DNA of 61,891 bases from assembly GCA_050012355.1 (NCBI GenBank), contig JBEKHI010000001.1, positions 1 through 61,891 of the forward strand. The letters run 5' to 3'. A program made the translations under genes and the position numbers. The notes under the pieces were generated by a model that was not told where the DNA came from, searched no databases, and worked only from the letters and a program-made list of their open reading frames with translations. Origin of the DNA: Streptosporangiaceae bacterium (lineage in GTDB: Bacteria > Actinomycetota > Actinomycetes > Streptosporangiales > Streptosporangiaceae). Below, piece after piece: positions 8,422 to 17,790 of this stretch (positions are counted from its first letter, which is position 1; each line of letters starts with the position of its first letter).

Positions 8422-11271
8422 CTAACCGCTCGCGACGGCGGCCAGGTGGACGGCGAGCTGTGTCCGCGACCGGACACCCAGTTTGCGGTAGGCCCGGCTC
8501 AGGTGCGCTTCGATGGTTTTCTCACTGAGGAACAGGCGCTCGGCGATCTGGCGGTTGGTCAGGCCGATGGCGGCCAGCTGGGCGACCTGCCGCTCCGACG
8601 GGGTGAACGCGCGGACTCCGGTGGGAGCCGGGGGCAGGCGTCCGCCGCTTCCGACGAGCAGCGCCCGCAAGCGCTCGACCATCACGGACGCATGGCTTTC
8701 CGCGGCCAGCTCGGCCGAACGCCGGACGGCGTCCAAGCCCGCCTTGCGGTTTCCGCCGTCGAGCAGCGCCTGGCCCAGTCGTTCGAGTGTCCGGGCCAGT
8801 TCGAGCCGGGCGGGGGAGTCCTGGAGCAGGTCGATGGCCTCATGCAGCAGCCGGGTGGTCTCTTCGGCTGTTCCTGCGAGGGTCGCGGCGGTGCGCAGGG
8901 CGATGGCTATATGCCGGGGTACCCCGAACGCGCGGGCCAGCCGCAGATGTTCGGCGGTCAGGGCGGCGGCCCGATGGTGATCATCCAGCCGGCGATAGGC
9001 GTCGGCGGCCTGGAGACGCCAGGGCACATCCAGCATGCAGTCGGCGCCCCAGCGCTGGTACGACCGTTCGCAGGTCATCGCGTCCGCGAGCGCCGCGGTG
9101 GCATTACCCTGTGCCGCATGAAGGCGGGCGCGGGCGCCCAGCAGCCACAGCTGCCAGACGGTGTCCGGCTCCCGGTCGCCCGACAGTGGACCGCCCCGCA
9201 CGATGGCATCGGCCTCCGCCAGCCTGCCGTCTTCCACCAGCAGATCGACCTGCGTCGCCTGCAGCACCGGCAGCGCCCCATTGGGCGCGAACACCCCTTC
9301 GCTGCCGGCCTCGAGATGTTCCCTGGCCTGGACCAGATCGCCGCGCAGGTACGCGAGCCTGGCGGAGTAGCTTCTGACCAGCGCCGTGGGGAACATCAGC
9401 CCTCTCTGCCGGACTGTGTCCAGCGCCTCGTTCAGGCTGCTCTCGGCCTCATCGAGCCGGTCCGCCACCATGAGAGTGTGAATCGCCGCCCAGATCGCCG
9501 ACCTGTCCGGGGGAAGCCGGCCGGCCAGTGCCCTCAGCGCCAGCGTGGCAACAGTGCCGGCCGGCTCGCCGCCGAACATCGCCTCCACCGATAGCTGAGC
9601 GTTGGCGACCGCCGCTGGCGCGTCCGGCCTGCGCCGGAAAGAATCCAGGTGAGCGAGCAGGTCGGCGCGCCGTCCCAGATCGGCGCGGGCGACGCCGATG
9701 AGTTCCGCCTCGAGCTCCGCCGACAGGTCGGCGCCCTGAGCAGTTCCCGGATCTCCGCTGAGATCGGCGGGCAGATCCCTCATGGCCTGGGCCAGCAGGT
9801 CGACCGCCGCACCCGGCACGCCGGAGGCGCTGCGGAACCGGGCCAGGCTGTAGGCGCACAGCGCCCGCTGCGCGGGCGAGTCAGCCAAGGCCAGGGCTTC
9901 CAGCAGGTGCCGCTCCGCGTCGGCCAAAGCCAAGTGGTGCGCCTGGCAGTTGCCCAGCAGCCTGCTCACTTCGGAACGCAGCTGGGGCGGCGGCGGTTCG
10001 TTGCGCGCCCGCAGCAGGTATACAGCGGCGCCGCCGGGTGAACCCCGCTTCCTCGCCTGATCGGCGGCCGCGAGCAGCGTAGCGATGCGGTCTGGGTTCG
10101 CGGCCGGGGTGGTGCGCAGCAGGTGAGAGGCGGCGCGGGCAACCGGCTGCCCCGCTTCCTGCAGCACCCCTGCCGCCCGCTCGTGCTGGGCGCTGCGGTC
10201 GGCGTGCGGAATGAGGGAGTACACGACGTCGCGGACGACGGCGTGTACGAACGCCGGGGGATCGGCGCGCTCGAACATCCCGTCGCGGGCGAGCTGCTCC
10301 GTCGCCGCCGCGGTTGCCGGCAGCGGCAGATCGCATTGGCGCGCGGCCAGTGCGAGATCCGTGTCATCGCCTAGCACCGCGACGGCCCGGGCGACGCTTC
10401 GCACACTCTCCGGCCAGCGCCGCAGCCGGGCGATGACATGGCGGCGTACGGCATCCGGTCCCGACGCCCGGGCGGAGGCGGCGGCCGCGGCCTCGGGACG
10501 GGTGCCGTCGCCGGCCAGGATCCGCAGCAGTTCCCGGAGGAACAGCGGATTTCCCGCTGTGGCGGAGTGGCAGGCCATGCAGAACTCGTCGTCCCCGTCC
10601 TGACCGAACGTGCGCCGGACCAGATCTGCGACCGCCGACTTGCTCAGGCCCTTCGGCTCGAGCAGCGTCACGTCGCCGGCCGTCAGGATCTCGTCGAGTG
10701 ATTCATCGTGCCGGCGGCTGCTCGCCCTGCTGCTCACGATGATGGTGACCGCGACGGAGTCCACCCGGCGGGCCAGGAATCCCAGGAACCGCGCCGACGG
10801 CGGGTCGACCCATTGCATGTCGTCGACAAGCACGACCGCGGACGCCTTTTCGGCCAGGTTGACCAGCAGCCAGTACAGGCCGTTCAGCAGGATGTGGAGG
10901 GAGCCGGACCCCCCAGGGGTGCCCGGTCCGTCTGCCGCGAACAGGGTCTGCGTCGCCTTCGCGGCGCCCGTGAACAGCCTGTCCCGCTCCGGGCCATGCC
11001 TGGGAAGCACCGACTCGAATAGCTGTCTGACCACTCCGAAGGTGAAGTCCGTCTCCAGCTCGGCGCCACGGGCCGACAATACTCCGAACCCCCGTGCTAG
11101 CGCGCGGCCGCGCGCATAGCGGATCAGCGCTGTTTTGCCCAGGCCAGCAGTAGCCTCCAGCACGACGACGCCTCCGCGCCCACACCCGAGATCGGTGAGT
11201 GCGGACTCCAAAGCGCGCACCTCGAACTCGCGCTCTAGCAAGACATCCCGCACGAAACTGCTCCCAGCCAC
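8422..11271 (-). CDS. LAL-type (large ATP-binding LuxR family) transcriptional regulator
   Basis: 949 aa. It has an N-terminal P-loop (EATAGLGKTALI), a long TPR-like helical middle and a C-terminal LuxR HTH (FTPSERQVAQLAAIGLTNRQIAERLFLSEKTIEAHLSRAYRKLGV). Confidence 0.85.
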   Translation of the reverse strand: MAGSSFVRDVLLEREFEVRALESALTDLGCGRGGVVVLEATAGLGKTALIRYARGRALARGFGVLSARGAELETDFTFGVVRQLFESVLPRHGPERDRLFTGAAKATQTLFAADGPGTPGGSGSLHILLNGLYWLLVNLAEKASAVVLVDDMQWVDPPSARFLGFLARRVDSVAVTIIVSSRASSRRHDESLDEILTAGDVTLLEPKGLSKSAVADLVRRTFGQDGDDEFCMACHSATAGNPLFLRELLRILAGDGTRPEAAAAASARASGPDAVRRHVIARLRRWPESVRSVARAVAVLGDDTDLALAARQCDLPLPATAAATEQLARDGMFERADPPAFVHAVVRDVVYSLIPHADRSAQHERAAGVLQEAGQPVARAASHLLRTTPAANPDRIATLLAAADQARKRGSPGGAAVYLLRARNEPPPPQLRSEVSRLLGNCQAHHLALADAERHLLEALALADSPAQRALCAYSLARFRSASGVPGAAVDLLAQAMRDLPADLSGDPGTAQGADLSAELEAELIGVARADLGRRADLLAHLDSFRRRPDAPAAVANAQLSVEAMFGGEPAGTVATLALRALAGRLPPDRSAIWAAIHTLMVADRLDEAESSLNEALDTVRQRGLMFPTALVRSYSARLAYLRGDLVQAREHLEAGSEGVFAPNGALPVLQATQVDLLVEDGRLAEADAIVRGGPLSGDREPDTVWQLWLLGARARLHAAQGNATAALADAMTCERSYQRWGADCMLDVPWRLQAADAYRRLDDHHRAAALTAEHLRLARAFGVPRHIAIALRTAATLAGTAEETTRLLHEAIDLLQDSPARLELARTLERLGQALLDGGNRKAGLDAVRRSAELAAESHASVMVERLRALLVGSGGRLPPAPTGVRAFTPSERQVAQLAAIGLTNRQIAERLFLSEKTIEAHLSRAYRKLGVRSRTQLAVHLAAVASG

Positions 11272-11499
11272 CGGATCAGTGCGTCCAACCGGGGCCGGTC
11301 AGCCGACCCGAATCCAACGGCACCGTAAGCTTATCTATCGATCGGGTCCGCGTCGATGGTGCGGATTGGCGGGCACCAGTGCCATCCCGAGTAATGCCGC
11401 TGACCCTTGTACCGGCGGAACTCCTTCACATCGGGCAGCAGCAGGCCGAGGGCTTGCCGCGACGGCCCGTCTGGGCAGGTGGTTTGGACCTCGTTCGTA

Positions 11500-11576
11500 C
11501 TTTGGATCTCTTCGGTACGGTCTTGCGGCTAAAAAAGCCTTTCCTTGGCCGGGAAATGTACCGAAGAGATCCAAAG
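11500..11576. repeat. 19-bp perfect inverted repeat with 39-nt spacer
   Basis: CTTTGGATCTCTTCGGTAC (11500-11518) and GTACCGAAGAGATCCAAAG (11558-11576). The spacer holds the small hairpin GGCTAAAAAAGCC. It lies about 85 nt upstream of the lipoprotein gene. Confidence 0.8.
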
Positions 11577-11661
11577 CTGAAAGCGAGGGCCCTAGGGCAT
11601 CGCACCGCGGACGGAACCGGTGCGGTAGGTTCGGCGTCCAAGGTTGGTCAGGGAGGAGATC

Positions 11662-12186
11662 ATGGTGAAGAGCCCGCTCGCGGCGGTTGTGATCCTCTGC
11701 GGCCTGCTGGTGACAACGGCGTGCGCGAGCACGTCCGCCGGGTCGACGTCCGCCAGCGGATCGAGCACGCCCAGCACGTCGAGCACGCCCAGTGCTTCGC
11801 CGACGGCGAGCGGCGGAGCTCCCGTCGCGTCCGCCTGCGGCGGCGCCACCCCGGTGGCGGGCAGCACGGTGAGCCTGACCTACAGCGATAACGGCAAGAA
11901 CCTGTGCGTGGATCTGGGCACCACGGTGACGGTGGCGCTGCAGGGGACTCCGGTCAACAAGTGGCAGTCGGTGCACAGCAGCTCCGAGCTTATCCTCGCC
12001 CCTCGGCTCGACCCCGGTTTCACCCTGGCAGCTGGCTGGACCGGGGACGCCTACGAGGCGATCCGCCCGGGGACCGCGTACGTCAGCGCTTCCCGGTACC
12101 CCTGCGGGACAGCCACCAAGGGCAGAAGCTCAATGCAGTGCGGGGTAATCGTCGGCTACCGCGTCAACATCACCGTAGCCAGCTAA
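11662..12186 (+). CDS. secreted lipoprotein, unknown function
   Basis: ATG lies 4 nt after GGAGGA. Signal peptide plus lipobox MVKSPLAAVVILCGLLVTTAC, then a Ser/Thr/Pro-rich linker and a beta-rich domain. Confidence 0.65.
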   Translation: MVKSPLAAVVILCGLLVTTACASTSAGSTSASGSSTPSTSSTPSASPTASGGAPVASACGGATPVAGSTVSLTYSDNGKNLCVDLGTTVTVALQGTPVNKWQSVHSSSELILAPRLDPGFTLAAGWTGDAYEAIRPGTAYVSASRYPCGTATKGRSSMQCGVIVGYRVNITVAS

Positions 12187-12302
12187 TCCGGACCTCTCGC
12201 CCCCACCCACCCACGAGGAATCCCCAGCCGCCCACACCCACCCCCAGCCGCCCGCGAGGCGTCCGCTGGACAAAAGCCGCATGCCGGTCATCCGCGTGGA
12301 AC

Positions 12303-12368
12303 GGCGACCCCAGCGCTGGGCCATCGAAGGCGCCATAGGCCCAGCGCTGGGCCATCGCTGGGGTCGCC
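12303..12368. repeat. nested palindromic (REP-like) element / candidate bidirectional terminator
   Basis: Outer 13-bp arms are GGCGACCCCAGCG (12303-12315) and CGCTGGGGTCGCC (12356-12368). They enclose two copies of the 18-nt CCCAGCGCTGGGCCATCG (12309-12326 and 12340-12357), each starting with the self-complementary CCCAGCGCTGGG. The element lies between convergent genes. Confidence 0.6.
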
Positions 12369-12380
12369 GGTGGCGGGTCG

Positions 12381-13715
12381 CTACGCGGCGGGGAGGGTTA
12401 GGCGCATCAGGGCGCCGCCGCCGGGAACGTGCTCGGCCGCCACGGAGCCGCCGTGGGCGTGCGCTACCTGGCGGACGATGGCCAGGCCGAGCCCGGAGCC
12501 GGGGACCGACCGGTCGGCGGTGGCACGGTAGAACCGGTCGAAAACCCGGCCTAGATCCTCCGCTGGTATCCCAGGGCCGTGATCGCGAACCGTTAGCACG
12601 CCGTGGGAAAGCTCTACCTCCACCGGTCCGCCCGGCGGGCCGAACTTGGCCGCGTTGTCCAGCAGGTTCCGTATCGCCACCCGGAGCCGCTCGGCGCTGC
12701 CGATCACCACGCAGGGTTCCAGCCTCGCCTTGAATGACACCGACGGCCAGTCCCGCTTGGCCGCCTCCAGCGCGGCGGCCGCGACGTCGTTCAGCTTGAT
12801 CTCCTGGAAGGCATCCGAGGGCGTCTCGCCGCGGGCAAGCTCGGTGATGCTGGATACCAGTCCGGACAGCTCGTTGACCTGGTGCGCTACCCGGTCGATT
12901 ATCTCTTCGCGTTCGTCGGCTGGCAGGTCAGGCTCGGCCGCGAGCAGATCCACGTTGACCCGCAGACTTGTGAGCGGCGTTCTGAGCTCATGGCTTGCAT
13001 CACTGACAAGCTGTCGCTGCGCCGCGGTCGAGCGCCGGAGTGCGGCGAGCATCGTATTGAACGACGACGCCAGCCTGCCGAGCTCGTCGGGCCGGTGTAC
13101 ATCGACCCCCAGTTCCAGGTCGCCGGTGACCGCCACCTGCTCGGTGACGGCGGCGAGCCGTGACACCGGGGCCAGCCCGCCGCGGGCCACGCCCCAGCCG
13201 ACCAGCGCGGCGAGCCCGACACCGAGCACGCTGATCAGGATGAGGGTCGCTCCGATGCTGGCCAGCTCGCTGTCCACGGTGTCCAGCGGCTCGGCGACCT
13301 CAACGGCCAGGCCGTGACGGATCTGCATGACCAGGACCAGGGCATGCACACCGCCAATGGAGGTGTCGTAGTAGTACGACTGGCGGGTTCCGTCGGCGAC
13401 AGCTTGGGCGGCGGCGGTGGACCGCAGCAGCCCCTCATACCCGGCTGGCGCCCAGACCTCGCCGCTGGAGGTGACGATCTGCGTATAAGGCGTGGAGTCG
13501 CCGAACCGGTCCGAGTGCGGCGGGAGCCACCCGTTCGGGATCTTGTGGTGCGCGTTCGCCTCGTGCTCCACCGAGATGGCCCGGGTGAAGAGCTGCTGCT
13601 GCACCTGGTCCCGCAGGTCGGCGCGGATCGCCAGGTAGGCCACTGCCGCGACCGCCAGCGTGACGACCGCTACCGCTGCCGCGACGGCGATGGTGAACCT
13701 GGTACGCAGTTTCAT
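12381..13715 (-). CDS. sensor histidine kinase (HAMP-HisKA-HATPase)
   Basis: H-box SHELRTPLTSL and a C-terminal HATPase (GPGIPAEDLGRVFDRFYR, GSGLGLAIV). I chose the MKLRTRF start because it forms an ATGA overlap with the response-regulator stop (13712-13715). Confidence 0.85.
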   Translation of the reverse strand: MKLRTRFTIAVAAAVAVVTLAVAAVAYLAIRADLRDQVQQQLFTRAISVEHEANAHHKIPNGWLPPHSDRFGDSTPYTQIVTSSGEVWAPAGYEGLLRSTAAAQAVADGTRQSYYYDTSIGGVHALVLVMQIRHGLAVEVAEPLDTVDSELASIGATLILISVLGVGLAALVGWGVARGGLAPVSRLAAVTEQVAVTGDLELGVDVHRPDELGRLASSFNTMLAALRRSTAAQRQLVSDASHELRTPLTSLRVNVDLLAAEPDLPADEREEIIDRVAHQVNELSGLVSSITELARGETPSDAFQEIKLNDVAAAALEAAKRDWPSVSFKARLEPCVVIGSAERLRVAIRNLLDNAAKFGPPGGPVEVELSHGVLTVRDHGPGIPAEDLGRVFDRFYRATADRSVPGSGLGLAIVRQVAHAHGGSVAAEHVPGGGALMRLTLPAA

Positions 13716-14404
13716 GGCGAGGCCCGCAGCACGTACCCGACGCCACGGATGTTGTGCACCAGCCGGGTCTTGCCGTCGTCCTCCAGCTTGCGCCGCAGCA
13801 TGCTGACGAAAACCTGAAGAGCGTTGGATTCCGGTGATGAGCCGTAACCCCACACCCGGTCCCTGATGACCTCGTAGCTGAGCACCTGTTCAGCGTTGCG
13901 CAGGAGCAGCTCCAGCAGGTCGAACTCGATCTTGGTGAGGTCGATCACGGTGTCGCCGCGGGTCACCCGGCGGGCCGACACGTCGATGGTCAGGTCGGCG
14001 TAGCCGAGTACGTCCCGGTTGAGCTGGCTGCGCCGCAGCAGGGCCGCCACCCGGGCCAGCAGCTCGCGCAGCGCGAACGGCTTGACCAGGTAGTCGTCGG
14101 CTCCGGCCGCCAGGCCGAGCACCCGGTCGTCGATGCTGTCCCGGGCGGTCAGCGCCAGCACCGGCGTGGAATCTCCCCGGCTCCGCAGCATCCGGCACAC
14201 CGCCAGCCCGTCCATCGCGGGCATCAGGATGTCAAGCACGATCAGGTCGACGGGTGACCTGGACACCGCGTCGATCGCGTCCGCGCCGTTGGACGCCGTG
14301 GTGACGGAGTAGCCAGCACGGCCCAGGGCACGGCGCAACGAGTCCCGCACGTCGCGATCGTCGTCCGCCACCAGCAGCCTGCTACCGGGAGACTCCAGTT
14401 CCAC
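13712..14404 (-). CDS. OmpR/PhoB-family response regulator
   Basis: Receiver domain (LLVADDDRDVRDSL, ILDILMPAMDG, LALTAR) plus a winged-helix output (LTKIEFDLLELLL, RGVGYVL). Confidence 0.9.
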   Translation of the reverse strand: MELESPGSRLLVADDDRDVRDSLRRALGRAGYSVTTASNGADAIDAVSRSPVDLIVLDILMPAMDGLAVCRMLRSRGDSTPVLALTARDSIDDRVLGLAAGADDYLVKPFALRELLARVAALLRRSQLNRDVLGYADLTIDVSARRVTRGDTVIDLTKIEFDLLELLLRNAEQVLSYEVIRDRVWGYGSSPESNALQVFVSMLRRKLEDDGKTRLVHNIRGVGYVLRASP

Positions 14405-14504
14405 GACTCTATGTAATCAGGGTTAGCTGAGTAAATGCTCCAAGGTTTCCGTGTAACGCCGGAATTTAAGCACCGTTTAACAATCAGCCAGCAACCTCCT
14501 TCCC

Positions 14505-15140
14505 ATGGTGAACAGCACGCTGGCTACCCGAACGGTCTGGCTGGTACGGCATGGCGAGAGCACCTGGAACAGGCTTGGCCGGTGCCAGGGGCATAACGAC
14601 GAGGCCGAACTGACCGACCGGGGACAGCAGCATGCGCACGACGTCGCAGTAACACTCCGTGACAAATCGGTCGGCGCTATTTACGTCAGCGACCTGCGCC
14701 GGGCGGTGCAGACCGCCACCCCCCTGGCCGCGAAACACGGTCTCCCGATGCAGGCAGACGTCCGGCTTCGGGAGCGGTGCCTTGGGGTCAAGGAGGGCGG
14801 GCCGCTGACCGAGGTCGGTCCGGATGTCACCGGAGTTGATGGCGGCGTGGTTGTCGACCCGGACGCGAGGCCCGACGGCGGTGAGTCCCTGCGGGACTTC
14901 TACGGCCGGGCCGCCGACTTCAGCGCGGACCTCGCGGCCAAGATCGAGCGCGACGGTATGCCGCCCGGCGACGTCGTGATCGTCGCGCATGGCGGAACGC
15001 TCCGCGTGCTGCAAGCCTGCCTTACCGGCCTTCCGGTCGAGCGCATGGGCTGGATGCCAGTCCCGAACGGGACCATCCTGCGCGTCGCCCTTACCCCGGA
15101 CGGCGATCGTCGCGATTCCGCGAGGAGGGATCACCCATGA
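14505..15140 (+). CDS. histidine phosphatase (phosphoglycerate-mutase-like) family protein
   Basis: RHG motif VWLVRHGESTWN..GR.QG. Its stop overlaps the comA start (ATGA at 15137-15140). Confidence 0.8.
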   Translation: MVNSTLATRTVWLVRHGESTWNRLGRCQGHNDEAELTDRGQQHAHDVAVTLRDKSVGAIYVSDLRRAVQTATPLAAKHGLPMQADVRLRERCLGVKEGGPLTEVGPDVTGVDGGVVVDPDARPDGGESLRDFYGRAADFSADLAAKIERDGMPPGDVVIVAHGGTLRVLQACLTGLPVERMGWMPVPNGTILRVALTPDGDRRDSARRDHP

Positions 15141-15931
15141 TCAGTACAACTCTCAGGCTGCCCGAACGGACGGCCAAGCCACGCCGTTCCGGGCTCACGA
15201 TGGTGATCGACACCGGCATTCCGCTGGCCGCGTTCACCGACATGATCGAGTTCTCCGCGGACTACATCGACTACGTGAAGTTCGGCTGGGGAACGGCGGT
15301 CGTCACCAGCAGTCTGCGACAGAAGATCGACGTGCTGAGCGCCCACGACGTGAGGTTCTACTTCGGCGGCACGCTCTTCGAGAAGTATGTGCTGCAAGAC
15401 AGGTTCGACGACTTCCGCAGGCTTTGCCTGGACTACGGCGCCAGCCACGTGGAGGTCTCCAACGGGACCATCGCGATGTCCAACCACGAGAAGGCCAGCT
15501 ACATCCGTAAGCTCGCCGGCGACTTCGAGATCGTGTCCGAGGTCGGTTTCAAGGACCAGCAGCGCAGCGAGCTGCTTCCGCCGAGCGCCTGGATCGAGTA
15601 CATCAACGAAGACCTCGAGGCGGGCGCGGGCCTCGTCACCCTGGAGGCCAGGGAGAGCGGCAAGTCCGGGATCTGCCGTCCCGACGGAGAGCTGCGCTTC
15701 GGGCTGATCGAGGACGTGCTGAGGGCCGGGATCGGTAAGGAGCGCTTGCTCTTCGAGGCGCCGAGCACCGAGCTGCAGGCGCACTTCATCACCAGGATCG
15801 GGTCGGACGTGAACCTGGGCAACATCCCGGCGTCGGCGGTCATCTCGGTGGAGACGCTCCGGCTGGGCCTGCGGGGCGACACCCTGGCCACTTTCGAGGA
15901 CAAGGACAATCCGCATGCGTACCACTCATGA
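15137..15931 (+). CDS. comA: (2R)-phospho-3-sulfolactate synthase
   Basis: Motifs line up along the whole length with archaeal/Bacillus ComA as I remember it: YIDYVKFGWGTAVV, FGGTLFE, VEVSNGTI, LEARESGKSGI, FEAP, VETLRLGLRGDT. Confidence 0.85.
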   Translation: MISTTLRLPERTAKPRRSGLTMVIDTGIPLAAFTDMIEFSADYIDYVKFGWGTAVVTSSLRQKIDVLSAHDVRFYFGGTLFEKYVLQDRFDDFRRLCLDYGASHVEVSNGTIAMSNHEKASYIRKLAGDFEIVSEVGFKDQQRSELLPPSAWIEYINEDLEAGAGLVTLEARESGKSGICRPDGELRFGLIEDVLRAGIGKERLLFEAPSTELQAHFITRIGSDVNLGNIPASAVISVETLRLGLRGDTLATFEDKDNPHAYHS

Positions 15932-16316
15932 CGTATTCCACCTGGCCATCCCCACGCACGATCTGGACGTGGCGCAGCACTTCTACGTGACTCTGCTGGG
16001 TGCCAAGCTCGCGCGGCGGTACGACGACCGGATCACGCTGGACTTCTTCGGTGACCAAGTGGTGTGCCACCTCACCGAGGACCCGGCGGTGGAGCCATCC
16101 AGCTTGTACCCGCGGCATTTTGGCGTGACGTTCAGCGAATCGACGGATTTCGAGAACCTGTACGCGTGCGCGGTGACCCGCAAGATCCCGTTCTTTCACG
16201 AGATGTCGCTGCGATTCGAGGGGCTACACGAGGAGCACCGCACCTTCGTGCTCAAGGACCCCTCCGGCAACCTCCTGGAGTTCAAGCAGTACCGCGACCC
16301 GCGAATGATGTACTGA
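15915..16316 (+). CDS. VOC (glyoxalase/dioxygenase-fold) family protein
   Basis: 133 aa. FHLAIPTHDLDVAQHFYVTLLGAKL and a C-terminal DPSGNLLEF. Overlaps comA by 17 nt. Confidence 0.7.
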   Translation: MRTTHDVFHLAIPTHDLDVAQHFYVTLLGAKLARRYDDRITLDFFGDQVVCHLTEDPAVEPSSLYPRHFGVTFSESTDFENLYACAVTRKIPFFHEMSLRFEGLHEEHRTFVLKDPSGNLLEFKQYRDPRMMY

Positions 16317-16317
16317 C

Positions 16318-17790
16318 ATGATCACTGAATGGATTCAGCGGGCGGCGCTCCGGCGCGGTGATGCCGTCTATCTTGAGGACGCGAGAGGATCGCGGACTCT
16401 CAGCTACGCCCAGCTCCGCACGCGGGCTAATGACTGGGCGACGTTCCTGGACCGGGAGGGCGTGCCGGCTGGCGGCCGGGTAGCGATCCGGCTGCCGGAT
16501 CCACTGGACTACGCCGAGGCGCTAATCAGCGTCATCGCAGCGGGCCGCGTAGCCGTCCCGCTGGACCCCGGTGCCCCGACCGCGGAACTAACCCGCGTGT
16601 TGCGGGTCGCCCACCCCCGCCTGGTTCTCTCCGAGCCGGTGCCGGCGCCGGTGGCGGTGCCGGTGCCCGTGCCGGTGCCGGTGGCGGTGCCGGTCGATGT
16701 GACATCGACCGGCATAGAGCGCGGTCGATGTCACATCGACCGTCCTGGGACCGGCGGGATCTTCCTGTGTACTAGCGGGACGACCGGGACGCCTAAGGGG
16801 ATACTTCTCGAGGATGGCCAGCTGGCGCATGTGGCGGCGTGCGTGGTGGCGCATCACCGGCTGACCGCGAAGGACCGTGGCTACTGCTCGCTGCCGTTGT
16901 TCCACGTGAACGCCGAAGTCGTCGGGCTGCTCGCGACGCTCGCCGCGCAGAGCAGGCTCGCGCTCGACCGCCGGTTCTCCCGCCAGGGATTCTGGGATGT
17001 CATCCGGCAGCGAAAGATCACCTGGATCAACGCCGTGCCCGCCATCATCACGCTGCTAGCTCAGGAACCGCCAGAGAAGACCCCCGCGACCGTCCGGTTC
17101 GTCAGATCCGCATCGGCGCCGTTGCCCGCGGCGGTGCTGCGGCGGTTCGAGAAAACGACAGGCATCCCGGTCGTGGAGACGTACGGGATGACCGAGGCGG
17201 CTTCGATGATCACCGCGAACCCGCTGGCCGAGGACGGGCCGCGCAAGCCGGGCTCGGCTGGCCGGGCAGCAGGAACCGAGGTCCGAGTGACAAGGGACGG
17301 GCTGCCCTGCCCGGCCGAGACCGTGGGGAATGTGCAGATCCGCGGCCGGGGAGTGATCTCCAAGTACGCCGAGGGTGGCCGCCGCGGCGCGATCGATGCC
17401 GAAGGCTGGCTGGACACCGGCGACCTCGGGTACCTCGACGAGGACGGGTACCTGTTCCTCGCTGGGCGGTCCGACGACGTGATCAACCGTGGTGGCGAGA
17501 AGATTTACCCACGGGAAATCGAGGAGATCCTGCTCGCGCAGCCGGGTGTCCTGTCCGCGGTCGTGGTCGGCAGTCCCGACGAGGTGCTGGGCGCGCGTCC
17601 GGTCGCCTACGTGATACCCGCGCCCGGCTATGGCGGTGACATCGAGACGGTACTGCGGGTTGCCTGCGATGCGAGCCTGCCTAAGTACAAACGGCCGAGT
17701 ACCTACTACTTGGTAGAGCAGATGCCCCTTGGGCCCACCGGCAAGGTCCAGCGGCGACGGTTGGTTGAACTTGCCACCTCGGCCCAGTGA
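16318..17790 (+). CDS. adenylate-forming acyl-CoA synthetase/ligase family protein
   Basis: Motifs FLCTSGTTGTPKG, YGMTEA, GWLDTGDLGYLDEDGYLFLAGRSDDVINRGGEKI and PTGKV. It starts 1 nt after the VOC stop. Confidence 0.85.
   Translation: MITEWIQRAALRRGDAVYLEDARGSRTLSYAQLRTRANDWATFLDREGVPAGGRVAIRLPDPLDYAEALISVIAAGRVAVPLDPGAPTAELTRVLRVAHPRLVLSEPVPAPVAVPVPVPVPVAVPVDVTSTGIERGRCHIDRPGTGGIFLCTSGTTGTPKGILLEDGQLAHVAACVVAHHRLTAKDRGYCSLPLFHVNAEVVGLLATLAAQSRLALDRRFSRQGFWDVIRQRKITWINAVPAIITLLAQEPPEKTPATVRFVRSASAPLPAAVLRRFEKTTGIPVVETYGMTEAASMITANPLAEDGPRKPGSAGRAAGTEVRVTRDGLPCPAETVGNVQIRGRGVISKYAEGGRRGAIDAEGWLDTGDLGYLDEDGYLFLAGRSDDVINRGGEKIYPREIEEILLAQPGVLSAVVVGSPDEVLGARPVAYVIPAPGYGGDIETVLRVACDASLPKYKRPSTYYLVEQMPLGPTGKVQRRRLVELATSAQ
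16636..16741. repeat. intragenic (GTGCCG/GTGGCG)n tract followed by twin 19-nt palindromes
   Basis: The hexamer-like tract encodes PVPAPVAVPVPVPVPVAVPV. It is followed by GGTCGATGTGACATCGACC (16692-16710), a 12-nt spacer and the exact reverse complement GGTCGATGTCACATCGACC (16723-16741). Everything is in frame, just upstream of the P-loop. Confidence 0.85.

Noticed and set aside
8422-11271. The LAL regulator as a marker of a secondary-metabolite biosynthetic cluster.
   Set aside because: No PKS, NRPS, terpene or tailoring genes are nearby. Its only notable neighbours are the two giant ORFs, and a functional link to them is unproven.
16636-16694. The repetitive GTGCCG/GTGGCG tract as a possible CRISPR or other repeat-spacer array.
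   Set aside because: The period is 6 nt with no spacers. It lies in frame inside a coding sequence, and no cas genes are present in the window.
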